This document shows, piece by piece, positions 29,218 through 40,296 of a stretch of 64,000 nt of DNA (positions are counted from its first letter, which is position 1; each line of letters opens with the position of its first letter). The translations under genes and the position numbers were made by a program. Below the pieces are notes generated by a model, which was not told where the DNA came from, searched no databases, and saw only the letters and a program-made list of their open reading frames with translations. Location of the stretch: positions 41,220 to 105,219 of the forward strand of contig DAOUMA010000005.1 in assembly GCA_034414555.1 (NCBI GenBank), in the 5' to 3' direction. Source of the stretch: Dehalococcoidia bacterium. Lineage in GTDB: Bacteria > Chloroflexota > Dehalococcoidia > GIF9 > AB-539-J10.

Positions 29218-30170
29218 TTTGTTTCTTTGTTCAGGATTATTCTTGCCTTTTCAACATCCTTTTCAATCTGAGACTTTAGTTCTTGGGGAGAAGCGAATCG
29301 CTGTTCATCCCTTATTTTGTGTCTAAATTCCACCTCTATATCTCTACCATACAATTCGCCGTGATAATCTATGAGATAAGTCTCCACAGTTTTTTCACCT
29401 TGCCCGAAAGTGGGACGAATACCTATATTTGTTGCTGAGGTGAATTGTTTACCATCTGCGTAGGCGATTGATGCGTAGACTCCGTTGCCAGGCAATGCCT
29501 GCTGTGAACTTATATCAAGGTTGGCAGTGGGGAATTCCAGGGTATGTCCCCGCTTATTGCCAGTGATGACTTTGGCGCTGATGCTGAAGGGATGTCCCAT
29601 TAATTTTCTCACCTTTTCCATATTTCCCTGAGCGAGCGTTTGTCGTACCAGAGTACTACTCGCCGTTTCATCATCGATGGTCAATGGTGGGATGGTGTCT
29701 ACAAAAAAAGCTATTTTCTTCCCCAAGGTGGCGAGTTTTTCGGCATTTCCTTTCCGCCCTCTTCCAAGGGCGAAATCGGCCCCGATTACCAACCCCCGCA
29801 TTTTGAGATATTTCTTAAGCAGGGTAACAAATTGTCTGGCAGAGAGTTTTGCCACCTCTGGGGTAAAGGATAGCAAAGCAATCAAATCTATGCCAAGCTG
29901 GCGGATTTCCTTAACTCTAGCGTCTAAACTCATTAAGTAGGGCAATTGATTGTTGGGGTCTAGTACAGATTGAGGATGAGGGTGAAAAGTAACTACTCCA
30001 CTAAGTAAATCTCTTTCTTGAGCTCGGTGGATTAGCTTTTCAATTAAATAACGGTGTCCTTCATGCACGCCGTCGAAAACGCCAATGGTGAGGACTGTTT
30101 CTTTGGGCGGAACCAGGTTTGCTAATTCTTGTTCGAGGGTCATAAGAGCTTTAAGAACTTGTCTTTGCAC
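29214..30170 (-). CDS. ribF: Bifunctional riboflavin kinase/FMN adenylyltransferase
   Basis: [15 protein letters not shown]-terminal FAD synthetase motif; C-terminal riboflavin kinase domain. Confidence 0.9.
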   Translation of the reverse strand: MQRQVLKALMTLEQELANLVPPKETVLTIGVFDGVHEGHRYLIEKLIHRAQERDLLSGVVTFHPHPQSVLDPNNQLPYLMSLDARVKEIRQLGIDLIALLSFTPEVAKLSARQFVTLLKKYLKMRGLVIGADFALGRGRKGNAEKLATLGKKIAFFVDTIPPLTIDDETASSTLVRQTLAQGNMEKVRKLMGHPFSISAKVITGNKRGHTLEFPTANLDISSQQALPGNGVYASIAYADGKQFTSATNIGIRPTFGQGEKTVETYLIDYHGELYGRDIEVEFRHKIRDEQRFASPQELKSQIEKDVEKARIILNKETK

Positions 30171-31191
30171 CGCTAACGGCTAACTTTCTACCTATTGCTT
30201 GGGCTATCGGTGTTAGTTGAGACATGAGTTTACCAAAATTATCGAAGGTGAGCGACTGAGCACCATCCTTGAGTGCCAAATCGGGATTAGGGTGAACCTC
30301 TATCATAAGTCCATCAGCTCCGGCAGCTACGGCGGCAAGTGATACAGGTGTTACCAAGTACCATTTTCCTGTGGCGTGGCTGGGGTCAGCAATAATTGGT
30401 AGATGACTATCTTTTTTGATTACCGGGATAGAGCTGACATCCATAGTATTACGGGTGTGAGTTTCAAAAGTTCTGATGCCTCGTTCACAAAGAATAACCT
30501 GGTCATTCCCTTGAGCGAGGATATATTCCGCGGCCAATAGCCACTCCTGAATGGTGGCTGATATGCCTCTCTTGAGCATCACCGGCTTCCTTGTTTTCCC
30601 CACTTCATCAAGCAAGATAAAGTTCTGCATGTTCCGTGCCCCGATTTGTAGTATGTCAGCATAACCGGCTACCAGTTCAACATCCTCTGGAGTCATTACC
30701 TCGGTGATTACAGGCATTCCTGTTTCTTTACGAACTTTCGCCAGCAGCTTGAGTCCTTCCTCTCCTAAGCCACGAAAGTGGTACGGGGAGGTGCTTGGCT
30801 TGAAGGCGCCGCCTCGTAATATGTTGGCGCCGATTGCCTTGACTGCTAAAGCTGTGGTTAACAGTTGGTCTTCGCTTTCTACAGCACACGGACCGGCTAT
30901 GACCACTATTTCATCACCGCCAATGGTGATATCGTTTATCTTTACTACGGTATTCTGGGGATGAAACTCTCGGCTGGCAAGTTTGTAAGGTTTGCTGATA
31001 GGGATAACCTCTTCCACGCCGGGAAGCAATTCCATCCTGTCCTGAAGTTCGGGAAAGATTTGTCCCAGTATTCCGATAATGGTGTGCTCCACACCTTGAG
31101 AGATGTGTGCTTTCAGCCCATATTCTTCAATGCGGCAAACAACCGTGTTAATTTCTTCTTTTGTGCAGCCGCCTTTCATCACTACAATCAT
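30151..31191 (-). CDS. aroF: 3-deoxy-7-phosphoheptulonate (DAHP) synthase, type I-beta with N-terminal regulatory domain
   Basis: An ACT-like ~70-aa N-terminus followed by a KDO8P/DAHP synthase core ([12 protein letters not shown]…). Confidence 0.85.
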   Translation of the reverse strand: MIVVMKGGCTKEEINTVVCRIEEYGLKAHISQGVEHTIIGILGQIFPELQDRMELLPGVEEVIPISKPYKLASREFHPQNTVVKINDITIGGDEIVVIAGPCAVESEDQLLTTALAVKAIGANILRGGAFKPSTSPYHFRGLGEEGLKLLAKVRKETGMPVITEVMTPEDVELVAGYADILQIGARNMQNFILLDEVGKTRKPVMLKRGISATIQEWLLAAEYILAQGNDQVILCERGIRTFETHTRNTMDVSSIPVIKKDSHLPIIADPSHATGKWYLVTPVSLAAVAAGADGLMIEVHPNPDLALKDGAQSLTFDNFGKLMSQLTPIAQAIGRKLAVSGAKTSS

Positions 31192-31580
31192 GCTTTATCT
31201 CCAGACAGTGCTAACTTATTTTCCTTCAATTTTTTAGCTTCCTCTAAATAAACATGGGTGATTTCCTCAGCTTTCTTTTTGGTGTTTACCAACATTAAAA
31301 TTCTCAGGCAATGAGGTAAGCTGCCAGGAACGTCCATCTCGTGTCCACAAAGCAGGGCGATATGCTGTGGCCATCCTAGCTCTCTTGTTGCTGCTGCCGG
31401 GAATTCAGCGTTCAAGTCAGGCGTGGTGGTAAAAAAGATAGCTGCTATATCATCAATTTCAACTTCGTTAGCGCGAAGTATCTCTTTAAGCAATCTTTTC
31501 GTTGCCGTCATAATATTCTCTCTATCATTGCCAGGCAGCGTAATTGCACCTCTAATGCCGCGGCATCTCAATTTATCCAA
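31188..31580 (-). CDS. aroH: Chorismate mutase, AroH class
   Basis: [10 protein letters not shown]…IFFTTTPDL…motifs typical of monofunctional AroH-type CM; overlaps the DAHP synthase start. Confidence 0.75.
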   Translation of the reverse strand: MDKLRCRGIRGAITLPGNDRENIMTATKRLLKEILRANEVEIDDIAAIFFTTTPDLNAEFPAAATRELGWPQHIALLCGHEMDVPGSLPHCLRILMLVNTKKKAEEITHVYLEEAKKLKENKLALSGDKA

Positions 31581-31747
31581 TCTCCTTGCTGAATTTAAGC
31601 TAATAGCCTATCTTTTTTATCAATTTACGTCAAGCTAAAGGATTAATGCGTAGTTGCTTAAATAGCTCTTTGCAGAGCAAAGGCGAGCTGAACAATTTAC
31701 AACCTTTTTGCATTATAGTATAGAGGATTTGTATCCTATTACTTCAT

Positions 31748-32305
31748 ATGGATTTAATAGAAGAGAAAGAGCTTGTGGAAAGGGCTCGGAGGGACCCTGA
31801 AGTCTTTGGCAAGCTTTATGACCAATATTATTCCCGAATCTTTAATTATGTTTTAAGAAGGGTAGCCAACATCGAGATTGCCCAGGATATAACTTCAGAG
31901 GCATTTTTCAAAGCTTTAAAGAATTTAAGACAATTTCACTGGCGCAATGTTCCCTTTTCCTCTTGGCTCTATCGAATTGCCACCAACCAAATTACTGACT
32001 ACTTCAGGGGAGGCAAGCAGGAGATGTTTTCGTTGGAAGAAATCCCTGATTCAATCACTCCGTCTAATCCCTCAATTGAGAGTGAAGTTCTTGAAGCTGA
32101 GGAGGAATTAAGAAGACACGAAGATTTCCTGCTTCTTCATGAAAACATATCTAAATTACCCATTAAGTATCAGGAGGTAATTACCCTGAGGTTCTTTGAG
32201 AATAAACAAATTAAGGAAATTGCCCAGATTCTGGGAAAGCGGGAGGGAACAGTAAAGTCTTTGCTTCATCGCGGCTTGAAAAAATTAAAGGAATTAATGG
32301 AATAA
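31748..32305 (+). CDS. ECF-subfamily RNA polymerase sigma-70 factor
   Basis: Region 2 (FNYVLRRVANIEIAQDITSEAF) and region 4 HTH (IKEIAQILGKREGTVKSLLHRGLKKL). Confidence 0.85.
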   Translation: MDLIEEKELVERARRDPEVFGKLYDQYYSRIFNYVLRRVANIEIAQDITSEAFFKALKNLRQFHWRNVPFSSWLYRIATNQITDYFRGGKQEMFSLEEIPDSITPSNPSIESEVLEAEEELRRHEDFLLLHENISKLPIKYQEVITLRFFENKQIKEIAQILGKREGTVKSLLHRGLKKLKELME

Positions 32306-32353
32306 AATGCAACCTTTTTAAGGCCGGAGCGTTATAGTAGTTAGAGGCAATAA

Positions 32354-33094
32354 ATGAAGGAAGAAGAATTAATCAAAAAGCTAGAAAACACAGCTCTTCC
32401 CGGGATTGAGGTTCAAAGCCACCGACGCCGGCTGAGAATGGCTTTGCTTCAGTCTGAGTATTTTAAGGAGAAACCGGAGGTTGGTGTTTTTGGCCGAGTG
32501 AGCTCGACCGTGAAAAGAGGGGTAGATGTGCTAAGAGGATTAATTTCATGGCGACCGGTATGGAAGCCAGCCTTGGTTAGTACTCTAGCCATAGCTTTAA
32601 TTGTTGGCTCTGCTTTATTTGTCCCATCGCTCGTTAGTCCATCGACAGGGACATTGCCGACTGGTATTGTCACATATAGCTGGTCGGAATCAGGCGCTCC
32701 AGCCAAGCCCATACTCAGTTCACCAACCAATGGTAGCAGGGTCGGATTCATAGGCAAACAGGCTCTGACATTTCAGTGGACGGTGGTGATAGAGTCTAGT
32801 GGAGTAAGCTATGAGTTACAGATTACCAGCGACCCGAGCTTCGTCAACCTAACGATTCCTGAAGTTAGTGGGTTGACGGAAACCAGCTATACCTTGCCTC
32901 AAGGGCAAGCTTTGTCCTACGGCACTTATTACTGGAGGGTGAAGGCAATAGATGGCGCCCAAAATGATAGCGGCTGGACCGCTCCTCATTCTTTCCAGGT
33001 GGGACTCATGCCCCTATGGACATTTATTGTTATAGTAGTTGTAATCGGGATGCTCGTTGCTGCTTTGGTTTATCGTTTCGCCCTGAAAAGATGA
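32354..33094 (+). CDS. Putative anti-sigma factor/membrane protein with extracytoplasmic fibronectin-III-like domain and C-terminal second TM
   Basis: Position immediately after the ECF sigma; one TM at ~aa 70-95; FN3/Ig-like segment (…YYWRVKAIDGAQNDSGW…); terminal TM LWTFIVIVVVIGMLVAALV. Confidence 0.5.
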   Translation: MKEEELIKKLENTALPGIEVQSHRRRLRMALLQSEYFKEKPEVGVFGRVSSTVKRGVDVLRGLISWRPVWKPALVSTLAIALIVGSALFVPSLVSPSTGTLPTGIVTYSWSESGAPAKPILSSPTNGSRVGFIGKQALTFQWTVVIESSGVSYELQITSDPSFVNLTIPEVSGLTETSYTLPQGQALSYGTYYWRVKAIDGAQNDSGWTAPHSFQVGLMPLWTFIVIVVVIGMLVAALVYRFALKR

Positions 33095-33193
33095 GAAAGC
33101 TGGTCACTGTAAACCTTTTCCCAAAAGTCTCGTTTTTATTAACGGAGAATAAAATAAAAAGAGGAAATGGATGAAACAAGAAGGGAGGCTTAG

Positions 33194-33919
33194 ATGAAAA
33201 AGATTTGGTGGTTAATTCCTTGTTTACTGGTGTTATTAGCATTGAGTGCTGCTGGATGCACTCAAGTGGTGACTTCTCCCTTACCACAGCAAAACACTGG
33301 CATATGGGTCACTGGCCAGGGAGAAGCTATGGTGATTCCTGACATAGCTGAGCTGTGTCTTGGTATTGAAGCTCAAGCAGATACAGTAAGCGAAGCTCAG
33401 GCACAGGCAAGCGAGGCAATGGATAAGGTGATGGAAGCACTGAAGGATAACGGCGTGGCTGAGAAAGATATCCAGACACAGCAATTTAGCATCTATCCCG
33501 TGACAAGATGGATTAATAAGAGTGGCGAAGAAGAGATTGTTGGCTATCGAGTTACCAATATAGTGCTTGCTAAGATAAGGGAGGTGGATAAAGCTGGTAT
33601 TATCGTAGATGCTGTAGCCAAAGCTGGGGGTGATCTTACCCGCATTCAGAGCATAAGTTTTTCCGTGGATGACCCTACGCCATATTATGAGGAGGCACAA
33701 GGCAAGGCGATGGAAGACGCCAAAAATAAGGCAACGCAGTTAGCTACCTCAGCCAGTATTCAGCTTGGTAAGCCCACCTGCATTTCCGAAGGAGCGGCAT
33801 CTGTCCCTCGATATCTCGCTGAGATGGCAGGAGGTATAGTTCCTGCTCCTGAAACTCCTATCAGCCCCGGAGAATTAAAGATTACGGTCAACGTTCAAGT
33901 AGTTTATGAAATTAAATGA
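33194..33919 (+). CDS. SIMPL/DUF541-family lipoprotein (YggE-like)
   Basis: Lipoprotein signal LLALSAAGC; SIMPL-like pattern. Confidence 0.65.
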   Translation: MKKIWWLIPCLLVLLALSAAGCTQVVTSPLPQQNTGIWVTGQGEAMVIPDIAELCLGIEAQADTVSEAQAQASEAMDKVMEALKDNGVAEKDIQTQQFSIYPVTRWINKSGEEEIVGYRVTNIVLAKIREVDKAGIIVDAVAKAGGDLTRIQSISFSVDDPTPYYEEAQGKAMEDAKNKATQLATSASIQLGKPTCISEGAASVPRYLAEMAGGIVPAPETPISPGELKITVNVQVVYEIK

Positions 33920-34080
33920 GCGAATTAGGATGAAAAGCTCTTAGCGAAGTGAATATGAAATTATTGGTTGGTTTATTAGCTTTAGGTGCGATATTGCTAA
34001 TCGCAGGCATAGTGCTGGCAATTTTGTAGCTGCGCTAAGCATTTTTTATCCTTTTTGGTTATATTAAAATACTAACTGGA

Positions 34081-34713
34081 ATGGATGACATCTTGCTTGT
34101 AGATAAGCCTAAAGGGCTTACTTCGTCCCGCGTCGTGGAGTTAATGAGGAAGAAGTTAAAGGTAAAGGCTGGTCATACTGGTACGCTAGACCCCATAGCT
34201 ACAGGACTTTTGATTATTCTTACTGGTAGGCGCACCAAAGAAGCTTCGTCATTCTTAACTTTGAATAAGAGTTACGAGGTAAAAGCCAGGTTGGGCATGC
34301 AAACTGACACTTTTGATTGTGATGGGAAAATTCTGCAGCAAAACGATGCCACGATAACAAAGGAGGAGGTGGAGGAGGTGCTGAGGGGATTCCGGGGTGA
34401 AATCTGGCAGGTTCCCCCTCCCTTTTCTGCTAAAAAGTTAGCTGGTTATAAAGCTTATGAACTGGCCAGAAAAGGCGTTAGCGTGGAAGTGCCGCCTAAG
34501 AAGGTTAGCATTTATTCCTTGAAGCTTGAGGAGTTCCAATTTCCGTATTTCACCTTTGACTGCGATGTTTCTTCCGGGTTCTACGTTAGAAGCTTGGTTC
34601 ATGACATTGGAAAGAAGTTATCTGTCGGTGCTATGGTGGTGGAGGTTCGTCGCACCGGAGTTGGTCATTATCGGGTAGAGCAGGCTAAAAAATTAGAGGA
34701 AATTTTGAGTTGA
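34081..34713 (+). CDS. truB: tRNA pseudouridine(55) synthase (short form)
   Basis: LLVDKPKGLTSSRVV…GHTGTLDPIATGLLII catalytic-Asp motif. Confidence 0.85.
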   Translation: MDDILLVDKPKGLTSSRVVELMRKKLKVKAGHTGTLDPIATGLLIILTGRRTKEASSFLTLNKSYEVKARLGMQTDTFDCDGKILQQNDATITKEEVEEVLRGFRGEIWQVPPPFSAKKLAGYKAYELARKGVSVEVPPKKVSIYSLKLEEFQFPYFTFDCDVSSGFYVRSLVHDIGKKLSVGAMVVEVRRTGVGHYRVEQAKKLEEILS

Positions 34714-34867
34714 AAGGCCTGAATTTCTGTCCTGTTTTTCCCATTTTAGATAAAATAAAAAGGGGACAGGTGAGACACTTGCATTAGTGTATTTGTGTTA
34801 GCCGGGCATTCCTATGCTGGTAGAGAGAGGGATGGTATAATGAAAGGTAAGAATAACGGAGGTTAAT

Positions 34868-35452
34868 ATGAGCAAGTTTAAAAGGTATTTAACGCTATTA
34901 GCTATTGTGACACTTCTGGGCTTTATGGCTGTAAGTTGTGTTCCCACTGTGCCCCCAACTGGCACAGTTGAGGTGCATGTCACTGACCCTGGGCATAGCA
35001 GCAATGTAACTAGCATAAAGATCACCGCCTCAGCAGTGGAAATTCACAAAGCAGGAAGCGGGCAGGAGCAAGAACAAAATCAGAGCGAAAAGCAGCAAAT
35101 AGTGGAAGGGGAATGGATATCATTAAATATCACCGGTTCTAGCTTTGACCTTATTGCGCTTAGAGAAGGAGGATTGGAGCAGCTTCTTTCTGAGGGAAAT
35201 GTAACTGCTGGGCATTACACCCAAATTCGCCTGACCATTGAGAAGGTTGAGGTAACCTTAAACGGCGAAACTAAGAATGCCACGGTCCCAAGCGGCGAGT
35301 TAAAATTCGTCCGTCCATTTGATGTGGTTGAGGGACAGACTACTATTCTTACTCTGGACTTTGATGCTGACCAGTCGGTAACCGTCACGGGGAATGGCGA
35401 GGTCTTGGTGAGGCCCGTGGCTACATTAAACGTTACTATGCCATCCGAGTAG
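34868..35452 (+). CDS. DUF4382-like lipoprotein
   Basis: Lipobox LGFMAVSC; beta-rich 194-aa secreted protein; family assignment by resemblance only. Confidence 0.45.
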   Translation: MSKFKRYLTLLAIVTLLGFMAVSCVPTVPPTGTVEVHVTDPGHSSNVTSIKITASAVEIHKAGSGQEQEQNQSEKQQIVEGEWISLNITGSSFDLIALREGGLEQLLSEGNVTAGHYTQIRLTIEKVEVTLNGETKNATVPSGELKFVRPFDVVEGQTTILTLDFDADQSVTVTGNGEVLVRPVATLNVTMPSE

Positions 35453-35531
35453 GAAAATGGAAAATGAGGCACGGCAAGCAGCTTGGTATGTGGTGCTTAC
35501 TGCTGGCTTCTAGACGAGAAAAAATAAAATT

Positions 35532-37904
35532 GTGAAGGGTTTAATTTCTGTCCTTTTAATTGCTGCTTTCCTTGTTAGTGGCTGTGCGCCCAGCGTCACA
35601 CCCTCCCAGTTTACTATACCTTCGGTAGCTGGGGGTGAGGTATTAAATCCTAAATTTATCATGGCGGATTGCTATGAGCCCAATCAACTCTCTATATCTC
35701 TTAATGCCCCTGGCTACGCACTGCCATTAGATTTAAATGATGTGACAAATTTTGAGGAGGTGGAATCCACTTTTTATCTAACCGAGAGCCAGAGGCAACT
35801 TTTGCAGGAAAATGGCTTTGTGATTATTCCCTGGCACGGAGATGATATTGTCCAGCCCTATGAGACATTGAAGGAGCAGGGGATACCCATTTTTGTTACT
35901 TCGGACACTTTGCTTCATCTATACCATATTCAATTCAATGAGATATTGGAGCGATTGGAGGGGGAAGAGTTCTTTGATGAGCTCATTGATATGAGCCTGG
36001 CGATGATGGACAGGTCAGTGGAGGATTACCAGTCCTTCGGTGGTGGTGATTTAAGGGAAGCTGCGAGAAGAGACGTTGCCTATTTTGCTGTCGCCCTGAG
36101 TCTGTTACAAACGCCAACCGAAGGCTACGATGAGGAAGCAATAAAGCAGGAAATCGAGCAGTGGAATAAAGACCATCCATTGGATAAGAAGGAATTTAAG
36201 CCATTGAAAAAGGTTGAATTTACCATTCCGTCTTATGTGGTTGACGATGTCAACGGGGAAATCAGCAATATTGAGGCACAGGAAGGATTCAAGCCCAGTG
36301 CAATATTTAATTCACAGATTGATTGTCAATGTGACCTTCCCTGTTGCTATTGCGAGGACTATTCCCAGTATGTTCCCCGGGGGCATTACACCCGAAGTGA
36401 AGCGCTTAAACGATATTTTAAGGCGATGATGTGGTATGGCAGAATGGCTTTCCTGATCAAAGGGGGTGATGATGCGCTAGTAAGCGAAAAAGATGCTCGG
36501 ATAGCTACAATTCAAGCGTCGCTTATCTCCGCCGAATTGCCTGATGTGTTATTGCCAGCAGGACAGGGCAACCTTACTACTTGCTGGGATACTTGGAGTC
36601 GGATTTACTCTGTTACCTCGTTCTTCGTAGGCACTGCTGATGACCTTACACCTTATGAGTATTTGAATGCCATGGAGAAAGTCCTTGGTACTGAGTTTAA
36701 CGCCACACAGCTTGCTGACGATGCAACTTTGCTCAATTTAGAGGTTGAGCTGGCTCAAATGCGGAATCCCCAAATTTATGGTGGTTCCGGCATTTGTGTC
36801 ATTGAGCCCCCAGTAACCAAGGAGAAACTTTATGAATGTCTAGCAAAGACCAAAGGTTTGAGATTTATGGGGCAGAGATTCGTCCCCGACTCTTATATGT
36901 TCCAGAACCTGGTCTCTCCTGCTGTAGGGATGTATGTCGGCGATGATGTGCCATTTACCATGGAGATGACTGCGCTCGGTCCCAGCAGGTGTTTTCCCAG
37001 GGGGTTGGATGTCATGGCAGTCCTCGGTTCTGAGAGAGCTTATCAGATATTGGATGCCGAGGGTGATACCGAATATCGGGGGGAGAATACGAGCTACGAT
37101 AAGCAACTAAACGAGCTGAAAGAGCAGTTTGGCGCCTTCAGCGAGGAGGACTGGAATCGCAATCTCTACTGGAGCTGGCTCTATTCCCTTGGGCCTTTGC
37201 TTGAGGATTTTGGTCAAGGCTATCCTACTTTCATGCAGACTGAGGCGTGGCAGGATAAGGAATTGCAGGCTGCCTTGGCATCGTGGGCTGAGCTTCGCCA
37301 CGATACTATCCTGTATGCCAAGCAGAGCTATACACCATCGATGACGGCGATACCACCGCAACCGCAGCCAGTGGTGGGTTATGTGGAGCCAGTCCCTGAA
37401 TTCTATAATCGCATGCTTTCGCTCACCACGATGACGAGAGAAGGATTAGGCAATCTCAATGCTTTAAGTGATGAGGAAAAATCAAGGCTGGAGAGCCTGG
37501 AAAACATCTTAAATAGGCTGATTACCATTTCCCAGGATGAACTGGAGGGTAAGGAGCTGAGCGAGGATGATTATGCATTCATCAGGAATTTTGGTCAGCA
37601 GCTTGATTCTATAGTGACTGGCGTTGAAGCGAGAGGGAAAGAAACCACGCTTGTTGCTGATGTTCACACCGATGTCAATTCAGAAAGAGTTTTAGAGGAA
37701 GGAGTAGGTTATGTTGACCTCGCTCTGGTTGCCTATAAGGTTCCTGATGGCAACATTATCCTTGGTGCTGGACCCGCCTTCAGTTATTATGAGTTCAAGC
37801 AGCCTATGGGTGATAGGTTGACCGACGAGCAGTGGAAGGAGCTGCTGGAACAGGGGCAACAGCCCTCAAGACCGGACTGGATAGACAGCTTCTATGTCAA
37901 GTAG
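35532..37904 (+). CDS. Large secreted lipoprotein (DUF3160-like), 790 aa
   Basis: Lipobox FLVSGCAPS; no catalytic motifs recognised; family assignment tentative. Confidence 0.45.
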   Translation: MKGLISVLLIAAFLVSGCAPSVTPSQFTIPSVAGGEVLNPKFIMADCYEPNQLSISLNAPGYALPLDLNDVTNFEEVESTFYLTESQRQLLQENGFVIIPWHGDDIVQPYETLKEQGIPIFVTSDTLLHLYHIQFNEILERLEGEEFFDELIDMSLAMMDRSVEDYQSFGGGDLREAARRDVAYFAVALSLLQTPTEGYDEEAIKQEIEQWNKDHPLDKKEFKPLKKVEFTIPSYVVDDVNGEISNIEAQEGFKPSAIFNSQIDCQCDLPCCYCEDYSQYVPRGHYTRSEALKRYFKAMMWYGRMAFLIKGGDDALVSEKDARIATIQASLISAELPDVLLPAGQGNLTTCWDTWSRIYSVTSFFVGTADDLTPYEYLNAMEKVLGTEFNATQLADDATLLNLEVELAQMRNPQIYGGSGICVIEPPVTKEKLYECLAKTKGLRFMGQRFVPDSYMFQNLVSPAVGMYVGDDVPFTMEMTALGPSRCFPRGLDVMAVLGSERAYQILDAEGDTEYRGENTSYDKQLNELKEQFGAFSEEDWNRNLYWSWLYSLGPLLEDFGQGYPTFMQTEAWQDKELQAALASWAELRHDTILYAKQSYTPSMTAIPPQPQPVVGYVEPVPEFYNRMLSLTTMTREGLGNLNALSDEEKSRLESLENILNRLITISQDELEGKELSEDDYAFIRNFGQQLDSIVTGVEARGKETTLVADVHTDVNSERVLEEGVGYVDLALVAYKVPDGNIILGAGPAFSYYEFKQPMGDRLTDEQWKELLEQGQQPSRPDWIDSFYVK

Positions 37905-37952
37905 CCATTGAGATAACTGTGCACTGGTAGTTATGTTACGAGCAAAAACTTG

Positions 37953-39080
37953 CTAAGCTAAGCCCATCTCCTTAGCTATTACTTCTCGGTAGTAATTATC
38001 CCCGCTGTAACTGAACTCAACAGGTTTGGCTCGCATGGTGTAAAAGTGCAAGTCATGTTCTATGGTAACTCCCATAGCTCCATGAATTTGGTGTGCCAGA
38101 TTGAAGATAAGCGGAGAAACTTCATTTATCCATGATTTAGCTACCGCAATTTCTTTGGTACCGGGGAGCCCTTCACTTAGCATCCAGGCTGCTTGATAGA
38201 CACTGAGCCTTGCTCCCTCGACATAGGTAGCCATATCAGCGCAATAATGCTGTATCACCTGGAAGCTGCCAATAGGGCGATCGAACTGCTTTCTTTCCTT
38301 AGCATAAGCGATAGTATCTTCCAAAACCCATTGAAAATTGCCCACCAGCTCGCAACATTTCGCCACACCAGCTCTTTCCACTGTCTTTTGAACCTCATTC
38401 CATCCCTGATTTAGCTGTCCTAGAATATTTCCCTTTGCTACCGGCACATGATCGAAGAGTACTTCACAAAGCTTATCATGAGCCATAGTTTTCAAGACGG
38501 TATACTTTACTCCAGGACTTTTAGTAGCTACTATAAATATAGTGATTCCTTTCTCCCGCTTGCTGGTTCTAGCTGCACACAGTAGATAATCAGCCACATT
38601 GGCATAGGGAACAAACAGTTTGCTTCCAGTGATAACGTAGGCATCTCCATCAGGAGTTGCCTCAACTGTGATTGCCTTGCGTTCATATTCAAGCTCAGGT
38701 TCCATCCAAGCCAGACTAAAGATTGCCTTGCCACTGGCTATCATAGGTAAATACTGCTTCCTTTGCTCTTCTCTACCAGCATTGAGGATGGGTAAAGCAC
38801 CAAGAACTACAGTAGAGAAGAAAGGTGCTGGCAAACAGGCATGTCCCATCTCCTCTAATAATACACAGAGGTCAAGGAAAGTCATGCTACTGCCGCCGTA
38901 TTTCTCTGGGAATGCCAGCCCAATCCAGCCCAGATTTGCCATCTCTTCCCACAGTTCTGGTGAGTAACCCTTCTCATCCTGCTCCATCTGCTTAACAAAG
39001 CTTTTGTGGCATTTTTCTTGCAGAAAATCACGTGCTGCCTTTTTTAATATCTCTTGCTCTTCAGAAAGTGCTAAGTTCAC
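37953..39080 (-). CDS. Acyl-CoA dehydrogenase family protein
   Basis: ACAD N-, middle beta-barrel and C-terminal helical domains. Confidence 0.8.
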   Translation of the reverse strand: MNLALSEEQEILKKAARDFLQEKCHKSFVKQMEQDEKGYSPELWEEMANLGWIGLAFPEKYGGSSMTFLDLCVLLEEMGHACLPAPFFSTVVLGALPILNAGREEQRKQYLPMIASGKAIFSLAWMEPELEYERKAITVEATPDGDAYVITGSKLFVPYANVADYLLCAARTSKREKGITIFIVATKSPGVKYTVLKTMAHDKLCEVLFDHVPVAKGNILGQLNQGWNEVQKTVERAGVAKCCELVGNFQWVLEDTIAYAKERKQFDRPIGSFQVIQHYCADMATYVEGARLSVYQAAWMLSEGLPGTKEIAVAKSWINEVSPLIFNLAHQIHGAMGVTIEHDLHFYTMRAKPVEFSYSGDNYYREVIAKEMGLA

Positions 39081-39103
39081 TTTATCCCCCTATCAGTTTT
39101 TAT

Positions 39104-40276
39104 TTAGCTAGTTGGTAGTCCCAGCCCTCTTGTAGCTACGATATTCTTCATGATTTCAGTAGTGCCTGCCTGAAGACTATAACCTTTAGAACCTAAGTAT
39201 GAATGAGCTGCCATGCCTCCAAAGGGAGCATATTTAGAGCCAGCCCAGAGCAGGCCGTAAGGCCCCAGGATTTCCATGGCAGTATTCGCCAGGCGCTGTT
39301 CAAAGGCTGTAGCATAGGCTTTTGACATAGCAGCTTCTACAGTGGGTGCTTGTCCTTCGTCCATAGCCAAAGCCACCTTATACATTAGGAGTCTCCCCAC
39401 TTCAAATTCGATCTGAAGCTGCACTAGCTTATATCGAATTATGGTATCCCGGGACAGGGCTTTCCCATTGCGTTTTGTCTCGTTAACAAATTTAAGGAGA
39501 GCCTCAAATAAGGCATAGTTGCCCATTAACCTCTCAAATCCACTCCTCTCATAGGCGAGCTGCTCCATAACATGATAAAAGCCCTTGTTTTTCTCTCCTA
39601 TCAGGTATTTCTTGGAAACTCGAACATTGTCAAAGAAAATATCATTCCAAGCTTCCGTGCCGGTAACATCTATCATAGGGATACGAGAGATTCCGGGAGT
39701 ATCTATAGGAATAATAAACTCACTTATACCTCTATGTTTGGGGACAGTTGTATCAGTCCTCGCCAGCAAGTAAATGTGATTCATAAACCAGGCACCACTG
39801 GTCCATGTTTTCTGCCCATTGATTATATAATCATTACCATCTTCGACAGCCATCGTTCTCAGAGAAGCTAAATCTGAGCCAGCCTCGGTTTCGCTCATCC
39901 CTAGCCCGACATACATCTCCCCTCTTATTATTTTAGGCAAGAATTCCCGTTTCTGTTCCTCACTACCATATTTGAGTATTGAACCGCCTATCTGGCGGTC
40001 AGCAAACCAGTGGCAGGCTGCTGGCGCTCCATAGCGTAACATCTCCTCAGTAAGTATAAAGCGGTCTACAAAGCTACGCTCCTGTCCACCATACTCTTTA
40101 GGCCAGGTAAGCCCCATCCAGCGTTTCTGCGCTACTCTTTTGGTGAATTCTGGATTGTAACCCTGTATCCAGGCATCGCAACTTGGCTTCCAAAGTCCTT
40201 GCTTTATCTCTCCTTCCAGAAAATCACGAACTTCCTCTCGGAATCTGTTTTGTTCCTCAGTAAAAGCGAAATCCAT
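39104..40276 (-). CDS. Acyl-CoA dehydrogenase family protein
   Basis: ACAD fold. The C-terminal catalytic-base region is recognisable but Glu is not unambiguously assigned. Confidence 0.8.
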   Translation of the reverse strand: MDFAFTEEQNRFREEVRDFLEGEIKQGLWKPSCDAWIQGYNPEFTKRVAQKRWMGLTWPKEYGGQERSFVDRFILTEEMLRYGAPAACHWFADRQIGGSILKYGSEEQKREFLPKIIRGEMYVGLGMSETEAGSDLASLRTMAVEDGNDYIINGQKTWTSGAWFMNHIYLLARTDTTVPKHRGISEFIIPIDTPGISRIPMIDVTGTEAWNDIFFDNVRVSKKYLIGEKNKGFYHVMEQLAYERSGFERLMGNYALFEALLKFVNETKRNGKALSRDTIIRYKLVQLQIEFEVGRLLMYKVALAMDEGQAPTVEAAMSKAYATAFEQRLANTAMEILGPYGLLWAGSKYAPFGGMAAHSYLGSKGYSLQAGTTEIMKNIVATRGLGLPTS

Positions 40277-40296
40277 TGTATCCTCCTTCTATCTCC

